A stretch of 63,990 bases of DNA, filler included, from Neolecta irregularis DAH-3 (Eukaryota), in NCBI GenBank assembly GCA_001929475.1. It is 8 parts of 8 records of this genome, joined end to end, with 100 filler letters (N's around TTAATTAATTAA, not from the genome) between each part and the next. Parts side by side here need not be neighbours in the genome. Positions count along the whole stretch, not along the records: positions 61,754 to 63,990 come from LXFE01000810.1; 7 more parts are not named here. The stretch is one strand, 5' to 3'. The notes below the pieces were generated by a model. The model saw nothing but the letters and a program-made list of their open reading frames with translations. It searched no databases and had not been told where the DNA came from. Both the position numbers and the translations under genes were made by a program. Each line of letters begins with the position of its first letter. Positions within the stretch are counted from its first letter, which is position 1. Of this stretch, positions 63,480-63,990 are shown piece after piece.

Positions 63480-63990
63480 ATGTCCAAAACAACACAGTAA
63501 GCAAGTCCAAGTTGGACGTACTTATTTGTAGCAAGTCTGATTATTATCCTTACACACCGTCACTCTCTGCGGCTGTCACATTCTTCCTTGGCTTTATATT
63601 CGTCTTGATAGCGCTCATAATACAGTCAGTTCGCCATAGAGGACACTATTTAACTATCATCATCCTTGGTATCTGTGGTATTTCACCTTTGTTGCCCAAA
63701 TTCCGAGCTTGCAGGTGAAGCAGCAGCTTATCTTTTGCGGATATTTGGCTCAGGAAATCCAGACAGCTATATCGGCTTCGTCTCACAATATACCTTGGTA
63801 GTTATTTGTCCAATTGCTTTTGCTGCTGGTAATTACGTTATTTTCGGCCGTCTTTTGCGGATGATTGGTAAGCAGTATTCGTTTTTTCCAGCAGACAAGG
63901 TGACAATCACCTTTGTTGCGAGTGATATTATTTGCTTCCTGGTTCAGGTTACCGGTGCAGTAGTGTTATTAAATAAAGAGGGTAGTTCGA
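63480..63990 (+). CDS. RTA1-like lipid-translocating exporter, truncated at the window end
   Basis: MSKTTH|KSDYYPYTPSLSAA, GE..AY.LR, PIAFAAGNYVIFGRL, FVASDIICFLVQ..G. Confidence 0.88.

Overview
Eukaryotic nuclear DNA from an ascomycete fungus. The compact genes, very short introns and protein sequences point to Taphrinomycotina, possibly Neolecta-like; this assignment is an inference. The window holds eight contigs joined by seven artificial N44-TTAATTAATTAA-N44 linkers, so neighbourhoods across those gaps are not biological. About 30 spliced protein genes are recognisable: BET3, SNRNP40, SDH8, a CCCH protein, THR4, a paraoxonase-like protein, TFA2, a CM1/Cnn_1N protein, an LRR protein, a PCL cyclin, FMC1, epsin, a C2H2 factor, RibD-C, GH12, UGGT, a Myb-like protein, SEC11, PHS1, HEN1, a UBC6-type E2, metallothionein, a phosducin-like protein, TAF14, MSS51, MTQ1, MPR1, GH36, an MFS transporter, an SGNH/NXPE-like protein and RTA1. 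There are also two gene-fragment pseudogenes (RPL13, SEC16), several hAT and Tourist MITE ends, a four-copy dispersed repeat and a CpG-depleted transposon graveyard. The most notable signals are: (1) introns of 34-45 nt with strongly degenerate donors and acceptors, one carrying a perfect U12-type donor; (2) CpG-specific decay of repeats, implying 5mC silencing, with a HEN1 gene in the same genome; (3) two diverged hAT transposase 3' halves fused back-to-back at the homologous codon; (4) a start exon and intron built from a 30-bp tandem repeat. All exon structures were worked out by eye and no database searches were run.
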